A DNA stretch of 64,000 nt, from NCBI GenBank assembly GCA_030390025.1, contig CM059432.1, positions 57,600,001-57,664,000 on the forward strand, written 5' to 3'. The notes beneath the pieces are model-generated. The model ran no database searches. It was given only the letters and a program-made list of their open reading frames with translations, and was not told where the DNA came from. The translations under genes were made by a program, and so were the position numbers. This document shows positions 26,661 through 39,957 of this stretch, piece by piece (the first letter of the stretch is position 1; every line of letters starts with the position of its first letter). Source of the DNA: Squalus acanthias (taxonomy: Eukaryota).

Positions 26661-26821
26661 GTTCTTCAAAGCTCCTGTAAGCTGCAAACTTCAAACTAAA
26701 GTAACATGCCAGTATCAGGTGATGGTGGCAACAGGTATGGCTCTTTTCATTCGTCCTAAATTACCCTTGGTACATTGGGGGTGCAAGTCATCGGTTCTGG
26801 TCAGTCCTATTTACATATATT

Positions 26822-27584
26822 GGCCCAGAAATTGGAGTTCGATGGTTGCCGCGGGGGTAAGGATCCCCCGCGATATCGCACTCCGCGCCTACCTTATGGT
26901 TTTGGCCCACACGAACTTCAGTTCCTGGGCCTCTCCCTGGTGCTGGCACGCAGTGTGTGCGTGTCCCAGAGGCGCAGTTAGTTCGATGCTACCTCTGGGA
27001 TCACGTGGGCCAGTTAGAGCCAATGGCAGCACACCATCTTTCATTCATAGTTTTGACAGGAAGAGCTGTCAAAACTATGAATACAACAAGCCCCCAAAAG
27101 AACAGCTAAACCTCAATTAAATTTTTAAAAAAAACCATCACATTAATAAAATAACTATAGTTAAATAAATTAACCACTTTAAACAAAAATTTAATTTTTG
27201 AAAAAATTAAATTCTTTTTAAAAGTTATAAAAATAAACTTACCTTTCTTTAAAGTCTCTAAAAAAGATAAACCTGTTGAAAAAAATTTAAAATAATACTT
27301 CATTAACTACTTACCTTGTTAAAAGGGGGTCTTACGCCTGCTTTCTTTATGTGTAAAATCTTCAACACTTACCTGCGCGTTCAAACCTGAAAAAAAAACT
27401 AAGTGCGCTGTGTGCGCACAACCTGTAGCGTGCACGCGGTTCACTCAGGAACCGCCCCCTTCGCAATACCCGAAGTGCCGGTTTCCCGCGCATGCACAGT
27501 GCATGCAGGAAACCAGCACTTCGGGACCTAATACGCGAGAGTACACAGTGCGTAATCTCCCGTATTAGGTCTAATTTTCGGGCC
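26822..27584. mobile_element. MITE family A copy 2
   Basis: GGCCCAGAAATT...AATTTTCGGGCC with an ATT TSD. Confidence 0.9.
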
Positions 27585-29214
27585 ATTAAAATGACTTCCC
27601 AGTGGGATCAGCTTGCACACACATGGAAAGTCTTAGAAACCCATGCAACCAACAGAATTGAGTCCTGCCCCAAAATGGACTCTAAAAAATGCCACTATAT
27701 TGGTTTTATGCCCCAAACTCACTTCAAAATGCAAGTATATTTGGGGCCAAAAATTCTACCATAGCGGGGTGTGTTTTGTAATTACATTTGGTGCCCACAT
27801 CTTACTTCAGCTCCTGATAAATTAATGCTCTTGAAATTGATATCTTACTTGACAACTTGACATGAATGAATGGATCTCTCGCAGCTGACACTTATCACTG
27901 GGCCTTCAAACGTTCATTCGATTACCTTATTCTTTGAATGTCTGATGTCCAAATATTACCTCAGGATCATAGTCCTTGACTTGATTTAGCTCAAATGTGT
28001 GACCTCATTCTAATGCCACATCTCAGCTAAGACCAGTGGTCCTTCGGAGGGAACATTCCATGTTTCCATTGAATCAATAGATTAATTGATAAAGTTTCAG
28101 ATCACCTTTGGGTCCTGAAAGTACCATATGGGATACCATTTTTGTCTGTAATGTGTTTGTCTGAAATTCATCTTTCTGCTATTTTTGCAGAGAGGCATTA
28201 ACCCATTTATTTTAAGTGGGTTAATGCATCTACCAATGTAGTAAGCGTCCTTTCAATAGTATCCCATGGTGACAATTCAGACCCCAAATAATAACGTACA
28301 TTGGGTAATATATCAAAAGATGGTTTTGTCAATGCACATCTACAAAGAGATGACTACATATTGGTTATTGATAAAAAAAATCATGGCTGTATGGTGATAA
28401 CTTATTGAATAAGGAAATTCTCACTAATAATCATCAATAAGAGTTAATCAGTTCAAGAATTCTGATTTCACATAAATGAATAAAACAAGTAAGTTCATAC
28501 TGCTTTGAGGTTATTATTCAGCCATTAAAAGAAATACTAAAGCTACTTGATTTGATTATTAAACAAATAAAAATATATTAATTGCTGATCTTAGTGATTA
28601 CTAACCTCTTGCATGAGAATACCACGCAAATAAATAATTAGGAGCTCTAGGTAAATAAAGTTACTGCTGTAGTTTGTGTGTCGATAGCTGCCACATTAGC
28701 TGGTGCGGCACAATCAATTACTGTAGATTGACTAATTGATTCCTTTTGAAGGAACCATTTATCACTCCTAAATTCACTCTTTTGCAGTTGTGTGGGTGTG
28801 TGTGTGAGATGTCTCTGATTTGAGAGGCTGTATTTCTGTTCTCCAGCTTCAGGCTGAGGCCAGGTTCTGTGTTGGTGTGACGTCAGGCTATTGTGAGGTG
28901 CAGTACCTGATCAGAGTGCAGTTATACCTGGCCAGCATGTTCTCCAACTTCAGGCTTAGCATCTGCTTCATAATATTTGTTGATCTACAAAAAGGATCAT
29001 GGCAGTCGCTGTCACTGTGCATTGGATTAATTGATACATTTTTCTCACCACTCCTTAAAAAATCCTTCCTGCAATTGATCTTGTTGCCCTCACAGCCCCT
29101 CCCTGTTATTTGATGGTGGACTGACCCTTCTTATCCTGCCCTGTAGTCTGAATTTTGAGCTTAACTGGAGGAATTCACAAGCCTCATACTGACTAGTCTG
29201 GCATTAAACATCAA

Positions 29215-30285
29215 GGCCTAGAAATTCCACATCGTAAACAACCTGCTGGTGCCACCGTGGGCCGGTGTTAATGGCCGCCGAAATTGATGGCGCTGACAGG
29301 ACGGGTAAATTGGTGCTGGTGGCTAATTAACATTACTGTCACTGCCAGCAGTGTTGCCCCCACCACCTGGCACCAGTGCCCAAAGAAATTTCATGACCTC
29401 AGACCACTGGTCAAGGTCAGTGAATGCATCTTCTAAAGCCATCTCCTATCAACTGCACCACTAGCCTCACACACTTCTCAATGCACGACTTCACTCCCCT
29501 AATCACTCACCTACCAACAACCTGTACCAAACACGAGGCACACCTCCCATTCCTAGCTTCAACTCACCCCCTTGGAGGAGGCATTCTTGGCAGGGGCATG
29601 GCTGAGCCCTGAGCCAGCAGCGGGGCTGAAAGGATAAAAGATGCTGGTATCCTCATACGTTATCCTGCTTCTCGCATGGACCTCTTGCTTTGCCGCCCTC
29701 CCTTCACCACAACTCCACCCTTGTGACTTCCTCATTTCACACACTCCCAGCCAAGGTCGACCTGCAAGGCCATTTGCAGTGTCTCCCACTGAAAATCAGC
29801 AGCCTTCCACCAGCCATGCTGCAGCCACTGGAGTAGCACTACGTGATAGCAGTATGATAGGCAAAGGCGCACACAAGACAGTCACTAAGGGAATACACAA
29901 AGGTGATTAGTTGATTTCTTGATGTAATAATGGATGGATAGATGTATAAAGTTGGATTGGAAAATTTGTTTTGTGGTGGCTTTTATTTAAGCATTGTGGC
30001 CAAGAGGATGCTCTGATGGTCAGTAACAGAGAGAAGGTAAGGTGTGGGTTAAATATTGAAAGGGGAATTGGGGTTGTGGTCACTGGTACCGCAAGCGGAT
30101 GATTCTATCCCGGATATCCTGGCCAGAAAGCGGCTGTCTGGGTTGCATCCTTCCTTCTGCTTCTTCCTCTTCTGCACATTTCTCTTCCTCTGCGAGCAGA
30201 TGCTGTAAATCTGAAATAAAAGCACAAAATGCTGGAAATACTCAGCAGGTCAGGCAGCATCTCGACCTGAGATGTGAACTCTGCT
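29215..30285. mobile_element. Inverted, further-deleted sister of the 7455-9715 Harbinger element
   Basis: Starts GGCCTAGAAATT. ORF 29641-29910 nearly duplicates part of ORF 8425-8850 (MLVSSYVILLLAWTSCF...). Confidence 0.85.
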
Positions 30286-30287
30286 TC

Positions 30288-30515
30288 AGGTCAGGCAGCA
30301 TCTGTGGAGAGAGAAACAGGGTTAATGTTTCAGGTCGATGACCTTTCGTCAGAACTGGAAAAAGTTAGAGATGTAACAGATTTTGAGCAAGTGTAGGGGC
30401 AGGAAAATGGAGGAGGGGAAAGAAGAACAAAAAGGGAAGGTCTGTGATAGGGTGGAAGGCAGAAGTGATTAAATGACAAAAGGGATGATTGTACAAAGCA
30501 AAAAGAGATGGTAAT
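30288..30515 (-). mobile_element. PLE 3' end with hammerhead motif (30320-30356)
   Basis: About 10 differences from 40567-40795. Minus strand reads CTGACGA-A-AGGTC(ATC)GACCT-GAAACATT. Confidence 0.85.
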
Positions 30516-30767
30516 TTCACATTAAGTTTGAGAGTGACTTGCCTAAGTCCAAAACGTGCTAGTAAGAGTACAGAGAACAGGATAGTTAGGCTAAATACGT
30601 GGCTTGAGCAGTGGTGTAAGAGGGAGGGTTTTAAATTTTTGAGGCATTGGAACCAGTTTTGTGGTAGGTGTGACCTATACAAAAGGGACGGTCTACACCT
30701 GTGCAAAGATGGAACTGATGTTCTCGGGGTAATTTTTGATAAAGCAGTTCGGGAGCATTTAAACTAG
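30516..30767 (+). pseudogene. C-terminal part of CR1 ORF1 (SGNH/GDSL esterase-like domain), 5'-truncated
   Basis: NRIVRLNTWLEQWCKREGFKFLRHWNQF...LYKRDGLHL; DxxH block V of SGNH hydrolases, directly upstream of ORF2. Confidence 0.85.
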
Positions 30768-30841
30768 TATGGCAGGGGGCTAGAAACCTATGTAGTGAAA
30801 TAGAGGAAAGTGAAAGGCAGACAGAAATAAATGGTAAAAGG

Positions 30842-33709
30842 GTGAGGAACAAAAAACAAAGGGCCAAACTAATTCATAAAAAATGTGAGCATAAAAAAAA
30901 CCTGAGGGTTTTATACCTTAATGCGAGAAGCATCAGGAACAAGGTAGATGAATTAGCTGTGGAAATAGAGGTTAATAATTATGATCTAATTGGGATTACG
31001 GAAACATGGTTGCAGGGTGAGCAGGGCTGGGAGCTTAACATACAGGGGTATTCAGTATTTAGGAAGGATCGACAAAAAAGAAAGGGAGGAGGGGTAGCAT
31101 TGCTGGTAAAAGAGGGGATAAATGCAATTGAAAGGAAGGATATTAACTCAGTTAATACAGAATCTATATGGGTGGAGCTAAGAAATAGCGAGGGGCGAAA
31201 AACATTAATAGGAGTGGTATATAGGCCTCCAAATAGTAAAATAGAGGTTGGGGAGGGCATCACGAGGGAAATTAGAGAAGCGTGCAATAAGAGCACAGCT
31301 GTCATCATAGGTGACTTTAACTTACATATAGATTGGACTAGCCTAATCAGTAAAAATAATGAGGAGGAGGAATTCCTTGAGTGTTTAAGGGATGGTTATC
31401 TGGATCAATATGTCGAGGAACCAACTCGGGAACAGGCTATATTGGACTGGGCACTGTGCAATGAGAAGGGACTAATTATTAATCTTGTTGTACGGGGACC
31501 CTTGGGTCAGAGCGATCATAACATGATCGATTTCTCACTCGAAATGGAGAGCGAAGAAATTGACTCAGAGACTAAGGTCCTGAATTTAAACAAGGGGAAT
31601 TATGATGCCATTAGACGGGAACTGAGTAGGTCTGATTGGACAACGTTCCTGGGAGGACTGGAGGTAGATAAACAATGGCAAGCATTTAAAGATAGAATGA
31701 CAAAATTGCAAAAATTGTTTATACCAATCTGGCATAAAAGGAAATCTAAAAAGGTGACTCAACCGTGGATAACAGGGGAAATTAGAGACAGCATAAAATC
31801 CAAAGGTAGGGCGTATAAAATAGCCAAAAAAAGCGCCAGAGCGGAAGATTGGGAACAGTTTAAGATAGAGCAAAGGAGGACAAAGGGCTTAATCAAGAGG
31901 GGCAAAATAGCTTACGAAAGCAAGCTGGCGGAAAATATAAAAACTAACTCCAAAAGCTTTTATAAGTATATCAAGAGGAAAAGACTGGTGAAAACCAAAG
32001 TTGGTCCATTGCAGTCAGATACGGGGGAATATATAACGGGAAATAAGGAAATGGCAGACCAACTAAATGCATACTTTGGGTCAGTCTTTACGAAGGAAGA
32101 CACAAAAAACCTCCCTGGGATATCGGGAAAAATAGGGACATTGGCAAAGGAGGAACTGACGCAAATCAATATCTCTAAGGATATGGTGTTAAGGAAGCTA
32201 AAGGGATTGAAGGCGGACAAATCCCCAGGGCCTGATAACATGCATCCTAGGGTACTGAAGGAGGTGGCCCTAGAGATAGCGGATGCACTAAGTATGATTT
32301 TTCAGAATTCATTAGACTCGGGAACAGTGCCCATGGATTGGAGGGTAGCTAACGTTACCCCACTATTCAAAAAGGGGGGTAGGGAAAAAGCAGGTAATTA
32401 CAGACCTGTAAGCCTTACATCAGTTGTGGGCAAAATGCTGGAGTCCATCATTAAGGATGAAATAGCGGAGCACTTAGCAAATGGGGACAGGATAGGACAG
32501 AGTCAACATGGATTTACAAAGGGTAAATCGTGCTTGACTAATCTATTGGAATTTTTTGAGGGAGTAACTGGTAAAATAGATGGGGGAGAGCCAGTAGATG
32601 TGGTGTACCTGGACTTCCAAAAGGCCTTCGATAAGGTCCCACATAAAAGATTAGCATGGAAAATTGAAGCTCATGGGATAAAGGGGAAAGTATTGACGTG
32701 GATAGAGAACTGGCTGTCAGATAGAAAACAGAGAGTTGGAATAAACGGCTCATTTTCTGAATGGCAGGCAGTAACAAGTGGGGTACCACAGGGATCTGTC
32801 CTGGGTCCCCAGCTGTTCACAATTTACATTAATGACCTGGATCAGGGAGTCGGATGCAGCATTTCCAAATTTGCAGATGACACTAAACTAGGAGGGGGGG
32901 TGGGCTCAGAGGAGGAGACCAGGAAGCTCCAGAGCGATTTGGACAGACTGGGTGATTGGGCGGATAAATGGCAGATGCACTATAATGTGGACAAGTGCGA
33001 AGTTATCCACCTTGGGTGCAGGAACGGGAGGGCAAATTATTATTTAAATGGCAATAAATTGGGAGAGGGTGAAGTACAGAGAGACCTGGGTGTTCTTGTA
33101 CACCAGTCACTGAAGGCGAGCATGCAGGTGCAACAGGCGGTCAAGAAGGCAAACGGTATGCTGGCCTTCATAGCAAAAGGGTTGGAATACAGGAACAGGG
33201 ATACCTTGCTGCAGCTGTACAGGGCACTGGTGAGACCACACCTCGAGTACTGTGTACAGTTTTGGTCGCCTCATCTGAGGAAAGATGTTCTTGTCATGGA
33301 GGGGGTGCAGCGGCGATTCACCAGGCTGATACCAGGAATGGCGGGATTGACCTATGAGGAGAGACTATGTAGTTTAGGGATGTACACACTGGAGTTTAGA
33401 AGATTGAGAGGGGACCTCATAGAAGTGTATAAAATTCTGACAGGTCTAGACAGACTAGATGCAGAAGGAATGTTTCCCTTGGCGGGTGAGAACAGAACTA
33501 GAGGACATAATTTAAGGATAAGGGCTAAACCATTTAGGACAGAAATGAGGGGGAATTTCTTCACTCAGAGGGTGGTGAACCTGTGGAACTCATTGCCACA
33601 GAGGGCAGTGTACGCCAGCTCATTAAATATATTTAAGAGGGAATTAGATATATTTCTACAGGCAAAAGGGGTTAAGGGTTATGGAGAGAAGGCGGGGACG
33701 GGATACTGA
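30842..33709 (+). CDS. CR1 LINE ORF2: AP-like endonuclease + reverse transcriptase, uninterrupted 955 aa
   Basis: EN motifs LYLNARS, ITETWL, VYRPP, GDFN and SDHN. RT motifs [17 protein letters not shown] and FADD. 3'UTR and (TATCTATG)n tail to ~33810. True start codon uncertain. Confidence 0.96.
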   Translation: MRNKKQRAKLIHKKCEHKKNLRVLYLNARSIRNKVDELAVEIEVNNYDLIGITETWLQGEQGWELNIQGYSVFRKDRQKRKGGGVALLVKEGINAIERKDINSVNTESIWVELRNSEGRKTLIGVVYRPPNSKIEVGEGITREIREACNKSTAVIIGDFNLHIDWTSLISKNNEEEEFLECLRDGYLDQYVEEPTREQAILDWALCNEKGLIINLVVRGPLGQSDHNMIDFSLEMESEEIDSETKVLNLNKGNYDAIRRELSRSDWTTFLGGLEVDKQWQAFKDRMTKLQKLFIPIWHKRKSKKVTQPWITGEIRDSIKSKGRAYKIAKKSARAEDWEQFKIEQRRTKGLIKRGKIAYESKLAENIKTNSKSFYKYIKRKRLVKTKVGPLQSDTGEYITGNKEMADQLNAYFGSVFTKEDTKNLPGISGKIGTLAKEELTQINISKDMVLRKLKGLKADKSPGPDNMHPRVLKEVALEIADALSMIFQNSLDSGTVPMDWRVANVTPLFKKGGREKAGNYRPVSLTSVVGKMLESIIKDEIAEHLANGDRIGQSQHGFTKGKSCLTNLLEFFEGVTGKIDGGEPVDVVYLDFQKAFDKVPHKRLAWKIEAHGIKGKVLTWIENWLSDRKQRVGINGSFSEWQAVTSGVPQGSVLGPQLFTIYINDLDQGVGCSISKFADDTKLGGGVGSEEETRKLQSDLDRLGDWADKWQMHYNVDKCEVIHLGCRNGRANYYLNGNKLGEGEVQRDLGVLVHQSLKASMQVQQAVKKANGMLAFIAKGLEYRNRDTLLQLYRALVRPHLEYCVQFWSPHLRKDVLVMEGVQRRFTRLIPGMAGLTYEERLCSLGMYTLEFRRLRGDLIEVYKILTGLDRLDAEGMFPLAGENRTRGHNLRIRAKPFRTEMRGNFFTQRVVNLWNSLPQRAVYASSLNIFKRELDIFLQAKGVKGYGEKAGTGY

Positions 33710-33824
33710 ATTGGAGGATCAGCCATGATCTCATTAAATGGCGGAGTAGGCTCGAAGGGCCGGATGGCCTACTCCTGCTCCTATCTTCTATGTATCTATG
33801 TATCTATGTAAAACTAGAGTCTTA

Positions 33825-34594
33825 GGGGGAAAAATTGAGTCGCGCCCCCTTTGGGGCGCTGACTTCGCCGGGGCGCTACTTTTAGAGCCCCAAAAAAAGT
33901 AGCACCCCTGCGGCCGAAATGCATTGGTAGCGCCCCAAGAGATAAGCAGGGCACTACTGGAAGTGCCCCGCCTCCCTCTTGGGGTGCTGCAAGGGAATAT
34001 CACAGCACTATGTGCCACAGCACCATGCGCTGCGGCACGTCGCGCTGCGGTACTGCAGGCCTTCCTCCCCTTCTTAAAGGGGAGGGGCCTTGCGCAGTGC
34101 GACCCGGTGCCCAGCAGGGCCACCAGGGATTGGAGTGCCGGCAAAAGAGCCCGGCCCGCAAGAGAAGTGCCGGGCTCATGGAGGGCAGCCGGCACTCCGT
34201 GGGGGGGCTGCTCAGGAGGCCGGGAACGGCAACAGGGGCAGGTGCTGGCAGGCGGCCAGCAACAAAAATGGCCGCCCGGCACCTCGCCTTTAATTGGCAC
34301 CGCCCCGGCCGCAGGTAGGCCCCCCTGACCCCATCGGACATAGCGTCCGGCGGTAAGTCAAGGGGCACTACCGAAGATCGTGGTTGGCACGCGAGCGGGG
34401 CGCTGCGCACGGCAATGACATCATCGCCAGCAGCGCAGTGCCGCGGGGCGCTAACGGTTACCTCCACCGCTAACCTCCTGCTGAATTTCGCGGGAGGCAC
34501 TGACAGGCACTGCGCCAGGGCGCTAGTTGCTTTGTGCCCCGTTAGCGCCCTTAGGGCGCTAATGGGAGGCACAAAGCAACCGAATTTTTCCCCC
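33825..34594. mobile_element. GC-rich MITE, family B
   Basis: Perfect 12-bp TIR GGGGGAAAAATT/AATTTTTCCCCC with a TTA TSD, the canonical PIF/Harbinger target. Confidence 0.93.
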
Positions 34595-34638
34595 TTAAAC
34601 TTAAATAAAGCTAATTACATAGGGATGAGGGGCGAGTT

Positions 34639-37600
34639 AGAGTCATAGGGGGAGAAATTCAGTATCGCCCCATTTGGGGCGCAATTATCGGCTGGGCGCA
34701 AAGATTAGCGCCTGGCGCTAATTATCGCCACCGACTGCAAACTTGACTTTTATCGCCCCTGGAGGTGATTGCAGCGCTATATCAGGCGCTTCACACCTGT
34801 CTTAAGGCGCAAAGGCCGAGGAGCGAGGCGCTACCTCAGAGCGCTGGCGAAGCTCATGTAATGTCAGTCAGCAATGGAACACACACACAATGGCACGGGC
34901 TAGTTCTTAAAGGGGATGGTTAATCTTGCTTTCCATCCACATCCTGCTCATTGCAGCCTTGAATCTCGGCCTGGAGAGACTTGCACATCAAATGTGCTGG
35001 AAAGAACAATGGAGAGTACCAGGCAAAGAGCTCAGAGTGCAGCCCCCACAGTCTCTGCTAAATCAATACAAGGAATGGCAAATCAAAATGAACCTGCAAA
35101 GTGCTGCTCAGTACCCAAAACCCCTTCACACAATGTTGAATCTCTCCAGAAGTCTCTCCCTCTCTCTCTCAGAATGCGTAGTTCAAAAATGGCACCAACA
35201 ATAAAAGGCAGGAAGCGGTCACCTTTAAATAGCGCTCCCCCTTTCCCTTCATGACTGCAGAATGTTCCCCTCAACCTGTCGTTGCTAGCGTCAGGCGGTA
35301 AGGCAGGGGGCGCCACTCAATATCCGCTCCGGGGCGATACCGGGGCGTTGCGCACTCGAGTGACGTCATGATCTGCCGGCGCAGGAGATCGTGGCGGTAG
35401 TGTTTAGCGCCGCCGCAAAATGTCTAATTAATTTCGCGAGCGGCGCAAACTTCGCCGCGCCTGGGCGCTAGATGCTTTGCGCCCCATTAGCGCCCTCATA
35501 AGGCGCTAACGGGAGGCGCAACCAACTGAATTTTTCCCCCATAGAGTTTATACAGCACAGAAAGAAGCCCTTCGGCCCATCGTGTCCGCACCGGCCGTCA
35601 AACCCTGTCTATTCTAATCCCATTTTCCAGCACTTGGTCCGTAGCCTTGTATGCTATGGCGTTTCAAGTGCTCCATCTAAATGCTTCTTGAATGTTGTGA
35701 GGGTTCCTGCCTCTACCACCCTTTCAGGCAGTGAGTTCCAGATTCCAATCACCCTCTGGGTGAAAAAGTTTTTCCTCAAATCCCCTCTAAACCTCCTGCC
35801 CCTTACCTTGAAACTATGCCCCCTAGTTATTGACCCATCTACTAAGGCGAAAAGTCCCTTTCTATCTACCCTATCTACGCCCCGCATAATTTTGTACACC
35901 TCAATCAGGTCCCCCCTCAGCCTTCTCTGCTCTAAGGAAAACAACCCCAGCCTGTCCAGTCTCTCTTCATAGCTGAAATGCTCCAGCCCAGGTAACATCC
36001 TGGTGAATCTCCTCTGCACCCTCTCCAATGCAATCACATCCTTCCTATAGTGTGGCGACCAGAACTGCACACAGTATTCCAGCTGTGGCCTATCTAGCGT
36101 TTTGTACAGCTCCATCATAACCTCCCTGCTCTTATATTCTATGCCTCGGCTAATGAAGGAAAGTATCCCATATGCCTTTTTAACCACCTTATCTGCCTGT
36201 CCTGCTGCCTTCAGGGATCTATGTACATACACACCAAGGTCCCTCTGATCCTGTGTCCTTCCTAGGGTCCTACCATTCATTGTGTATTCCCTTGCCTTGT
36301 TAGTCCTCCCAAAATGCATCACCTCACACTTTTCAGGGTTAAATTCCATTTGCCACTGTTCTGCCCATCTAACCAACCCGTCTATATCGTCCTGTGGCCT
36401 GAGGCTTCCCTCCTCGCTATTTACCACTCCACCAATTTTCGTGTCATCTGCGAACATACTGATCATACCTCCTACATTCATATCTAAATCATTAATGGAC
36501 ACTACAAACAGCAAGGGACCCAGCACCGATCCCTGCGGTACACCACTGGACACAGGCTTCCAGTCACAAAAACAACCTTCGACCATCACCCTCTGCCTCC
36601 TGCCACTAAGCCAATTTTGGATCCAATGTGCCAAATTGCCCTGGATCCCATGGGCTCTTACCTTCTTGACCAGTCTCCCATGTGTTACTTTGTCAAAAGC
36701 CTTACTGAAGTCCATGTAGACTACATCAACTGCATTACCCTCATCCACACAACTAGTCATCCCCTCGAAAAATTCAATCAAATTGGTCAGACATGATCTC
36801 CATCTGACAAAGCCATGCTGACTATCCTTGATTAATCCTTGCCTCTCCAAGTGGAGACTAATTCTGTCCCTCAGAATTTTTTCCAATAATTTCCCTACCA
36901 CTGATGTTAGGCTCACTGGCCTGTAATTCCCTGGTTTATCCCTACTACCCTTCTTGAATAATGGTACTACGTTAGCTGTTCTCCAGTCCTCTGGCACCTC
37001 CCCTGTGGCCAGAGAGGTTCTGAAAATTTGCGTCCTCCCTTGCCTCACACAGCAGCCTGGGATATATCTCGTCTGGGCCTGGGGATTTATCCACTTTTAA
37101 GCCCGCTAAAACCGCTAGTACCTCCTCCCTCTCAATACTAATTTGTTCAAGTATATCACAATCTCCCTGCCTGATTTCTATGCCTACATCGTCCTTCTCT
37201 ATAGTGAACAGAGATGCAAAATATTCATTTAAAACCTCACCTACATCTTCTGGCTCCACACACAGATTGCCACTTTGGTCCCTAATGGACCCTACTCTTT
37301 CCCTGGTTATCCTCTTGCCCTTAATATACTTATAAAGCACCTTGGGATTTTCCTTTATTTTGCCCGCCAGTGTTATTTCATGCCCCCTCTTCACTCTCCT
37401 AATTTCTTTTTTAAGTACCCCCCTGCACGTTCTATACTCCTCTAGGGCTTCCACTGTTTTTAGTCCTTTGTATCTGCCAAAAGCCTCCCTTTTTTTCCTA
37501 ATCCATTCTTGTATATCCCTTGACATCCAGGGTTTCCTGAGTTTGTTGGTCCCACCCTTGATCTTTACGGGAACATGTTGGCGTTGTACTCTCTCTATTT

Positions 37601-37794
37601 CCTTTCTGAAAGTCTCCCACTGCTCTGATGTGGATTTTCCTACAAGTAGCTGATCCCAGTCCACTTTGGCCAGATCCTGCCTTATCATATTAAAATCGGC
37701 CTTCCCCCAATTTAGAACCTTTATTTCCAGTCCCTCTATGTCCTTTTCCATGACTACCTTAAATCTCACCGAATTATGGTCACTGTCACCAAAA
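34639..37794 (-). mobile_element. CR1 LINE (different subfamily), 5'-truncated, nested in the second CR1
   Basis: ORFs 36972-37769 and 35654-37048 ([14 protein letters not shown]). The 3' tail is interrupted by the MITE at 34648-35540. Confidence 0.93.
34648..35540. mobile_element. GC-rich MITE / deleted Harbinger with family-B-like ends
   Basis: GGGGGAGAAATT/AATTTTTCCCCC with an ATA TSD. Subterminal GCGC-rich sequence resembles 33825-34594. Confidence 0.9.
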
Positions 37795-39957
37795 TTGGCT
37801 AAGGTAGATCGGAAAAATAGATTAAAAGGTATGGTGGTAGATAAGCAGTGGCTAGCATTTAAAGAAATATTTCTTAATTCTCAACAAAAATACATTCCAT
37901 TGAGAAACAAAAACTCCATGGGAAAAGTGTTCCATCCATGGCTAACTAAAGAAGTTAAGGATAGCATTAGATTGAAAGAAGAAGCTTATAATGTTGCAAA
38001 GAATAGTAGTAAGCCTGAAGATTGGGAGAGTTTCAGAAACCAGCAAAGGATGACCAAAAAATTGATAAAAAGGGAAAAAATAGAATATGAGAGAAAACTA
38101 GCAAGAAATATAAAAACAAATTGTAAGAGCTTCTACAAGTATGTAAAAAGGAAGAGAGTAGCAAAAGTAAACATTGGTCCCTTAGAGGCTGAGAGAGGCG
38201 AAATTATTATCGGGAATAAAGAAATGGCAGAAAGGTTAAACAAAAATTTTGTATCTATCTTCACAGTAGAAGACACAAAAAGCATACCAAAAATGGTGGG
38301 GAACAAAGGGGCTAATGAGGGTTAGGAACATAACATAATTAATTTAAGTAGAGAAAAAGTACGAGAGAAACTAATGGGATTAAAAGCCGACAAATCTCCT
38401 GGACCTGATGGCCTACATCCTAGGTTTCTAAAAGAGGTGGCTACAGAGATAGTTTTGATCTTCCAAAATTCCCTAGATTCTAGAATGGCCCCAGCGGATT
38501 GGAAGGTAGCAAATCTAACACCGCTATTTAAGAAAGGAGGGAGAGAGAAAGCAGGAAACTACAGGCCAATTAGCCTGACATCATTCGTTGGCAAAATGCT
38601 GGAATCCATTATTAAGGAAGTGGTATCAGGGCACTTAGAAAATCATAACATGATTAGGCAGAGTCAACATGGTTTTATGAAAGAGAAATTGTGTTTAACA
38701 AATTTATTGGAGGTTTTTGAAGATGTAACTAGCAGGGTAGATAGAGGGGAACCAGTGGATGTAGTACATTTGGATTTACAAAAGGCATTCGATAAGGTGC
38801 CACATAAAAGGGTATTACATATGATAAGGGCTCATGGGGTTGGGGGTAATATAATAGCATGGATAGAGGATTGGTTAACAGACAGAAAACAGAGAGTAGG
38901 GATAAACAGAACTTTTTCAGGTTGGCAGGCTGTAACTAGTGGGGTGCCGCAAGGATCAGTGCTGGGGCCTCAGCTATTTACAATCTATATTAATGACCTC
39001 GATGAAGGGACTGAGTGTAATGTATCCAAGTTTGCTGATGATACAAAGCTAGGTGGGACAGTAAGCTGTGAGGAGAACACAAAGAGTCTGTAAAGGGATA
39101 TAGATAGACTAAGTGAGTGGCCAGTAAGGTGGCAGATGGAGTATAATGTAAGGAAATATGAGGTTATTCACTTTGGTAGGAAGAATAGAAAAACAGAATA
39201 TTTTTTAAATGGTGAGAAACTTTTAAATGTTGGTGTTCAGAGAGATTTGGGTGTCCTCGTGCAAGAAACACAGAAAGCTAGCATGCAGGTACAGCAAGCA
39301 ATAAGGAAGGCAAATGGCATGTTGGCATTTATTGCAAGGGTGTTGGAGTATAAGAGTAAGGAAGTCTTGCTACAATTGTACAGGGCCTTGGTGAAACCAC
39401 ACCTGGAGTACTGTGCACAGTTTTGGTCTCCTTATCTAAGGAAGGATATACTTGCCTTGGAGGCGGTGCAACGAAGGTTCACTAGATTGATTCCTGGGAT
39501 GAGGGGGCTGTCCTATGATGAGAGATTGTGTAGAATGGGCCTATACTCTCTGGAGTTTAGAAGAATGAGAGGTGATCTCATTGAAACATGCAATATTCTG
39601 AAGGGGATTGACAGGGTAGATGCTGAGAGGTTGTTTCCCCTGGCTGGAGTGTCTAGAACTTGGGGGCATAGTCTCAGAATAAGGGGTAGGCCATTTAAGA
39701 CTGAGATGAGGAAGAATTTCTTCACTCAGAGGGTTGTGAATCTTTGGAATTCTCTGCCCCAGAGGACTGTGGATGCTGAGTCTTTGAGTATATTCAAGGC
39801 TGAGTTAGATAGATTTTTGGACTCTAGGGGAATCAAGGAGATCGGGCGAGAAAGTGGAGTTGAGGTTGATGATCAGCCACGATCTTATTGAATGGCAGAG
39901 CAGGCTCGAGTGGCCGTATGGCCTACTCCTGCTCCTATTTCTTATGTTCTTATGTTA

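Larger units (their letters stand above)
33811..39956 (+). mobile_element. Second CR1 ORF2 copy (33811-33824, 34598-34638, 37795-39956), split by nested inserts, with stop codons
   Basis: TRVL|NLNKANYIGMRGE|LAKVDRKNRLKG is continuous across the inserts. RT lies in ORFs 38374-39093 and 39136-39891. TTCTTATG tail. Confidence 0.9.

Noticed and set aside
33788..35316. Overlapping GC-rich ORFs
   Set aside because: They lie within TIR/TSD-bounded MITEs; high GC suppresses stops and no domain is recognisable.
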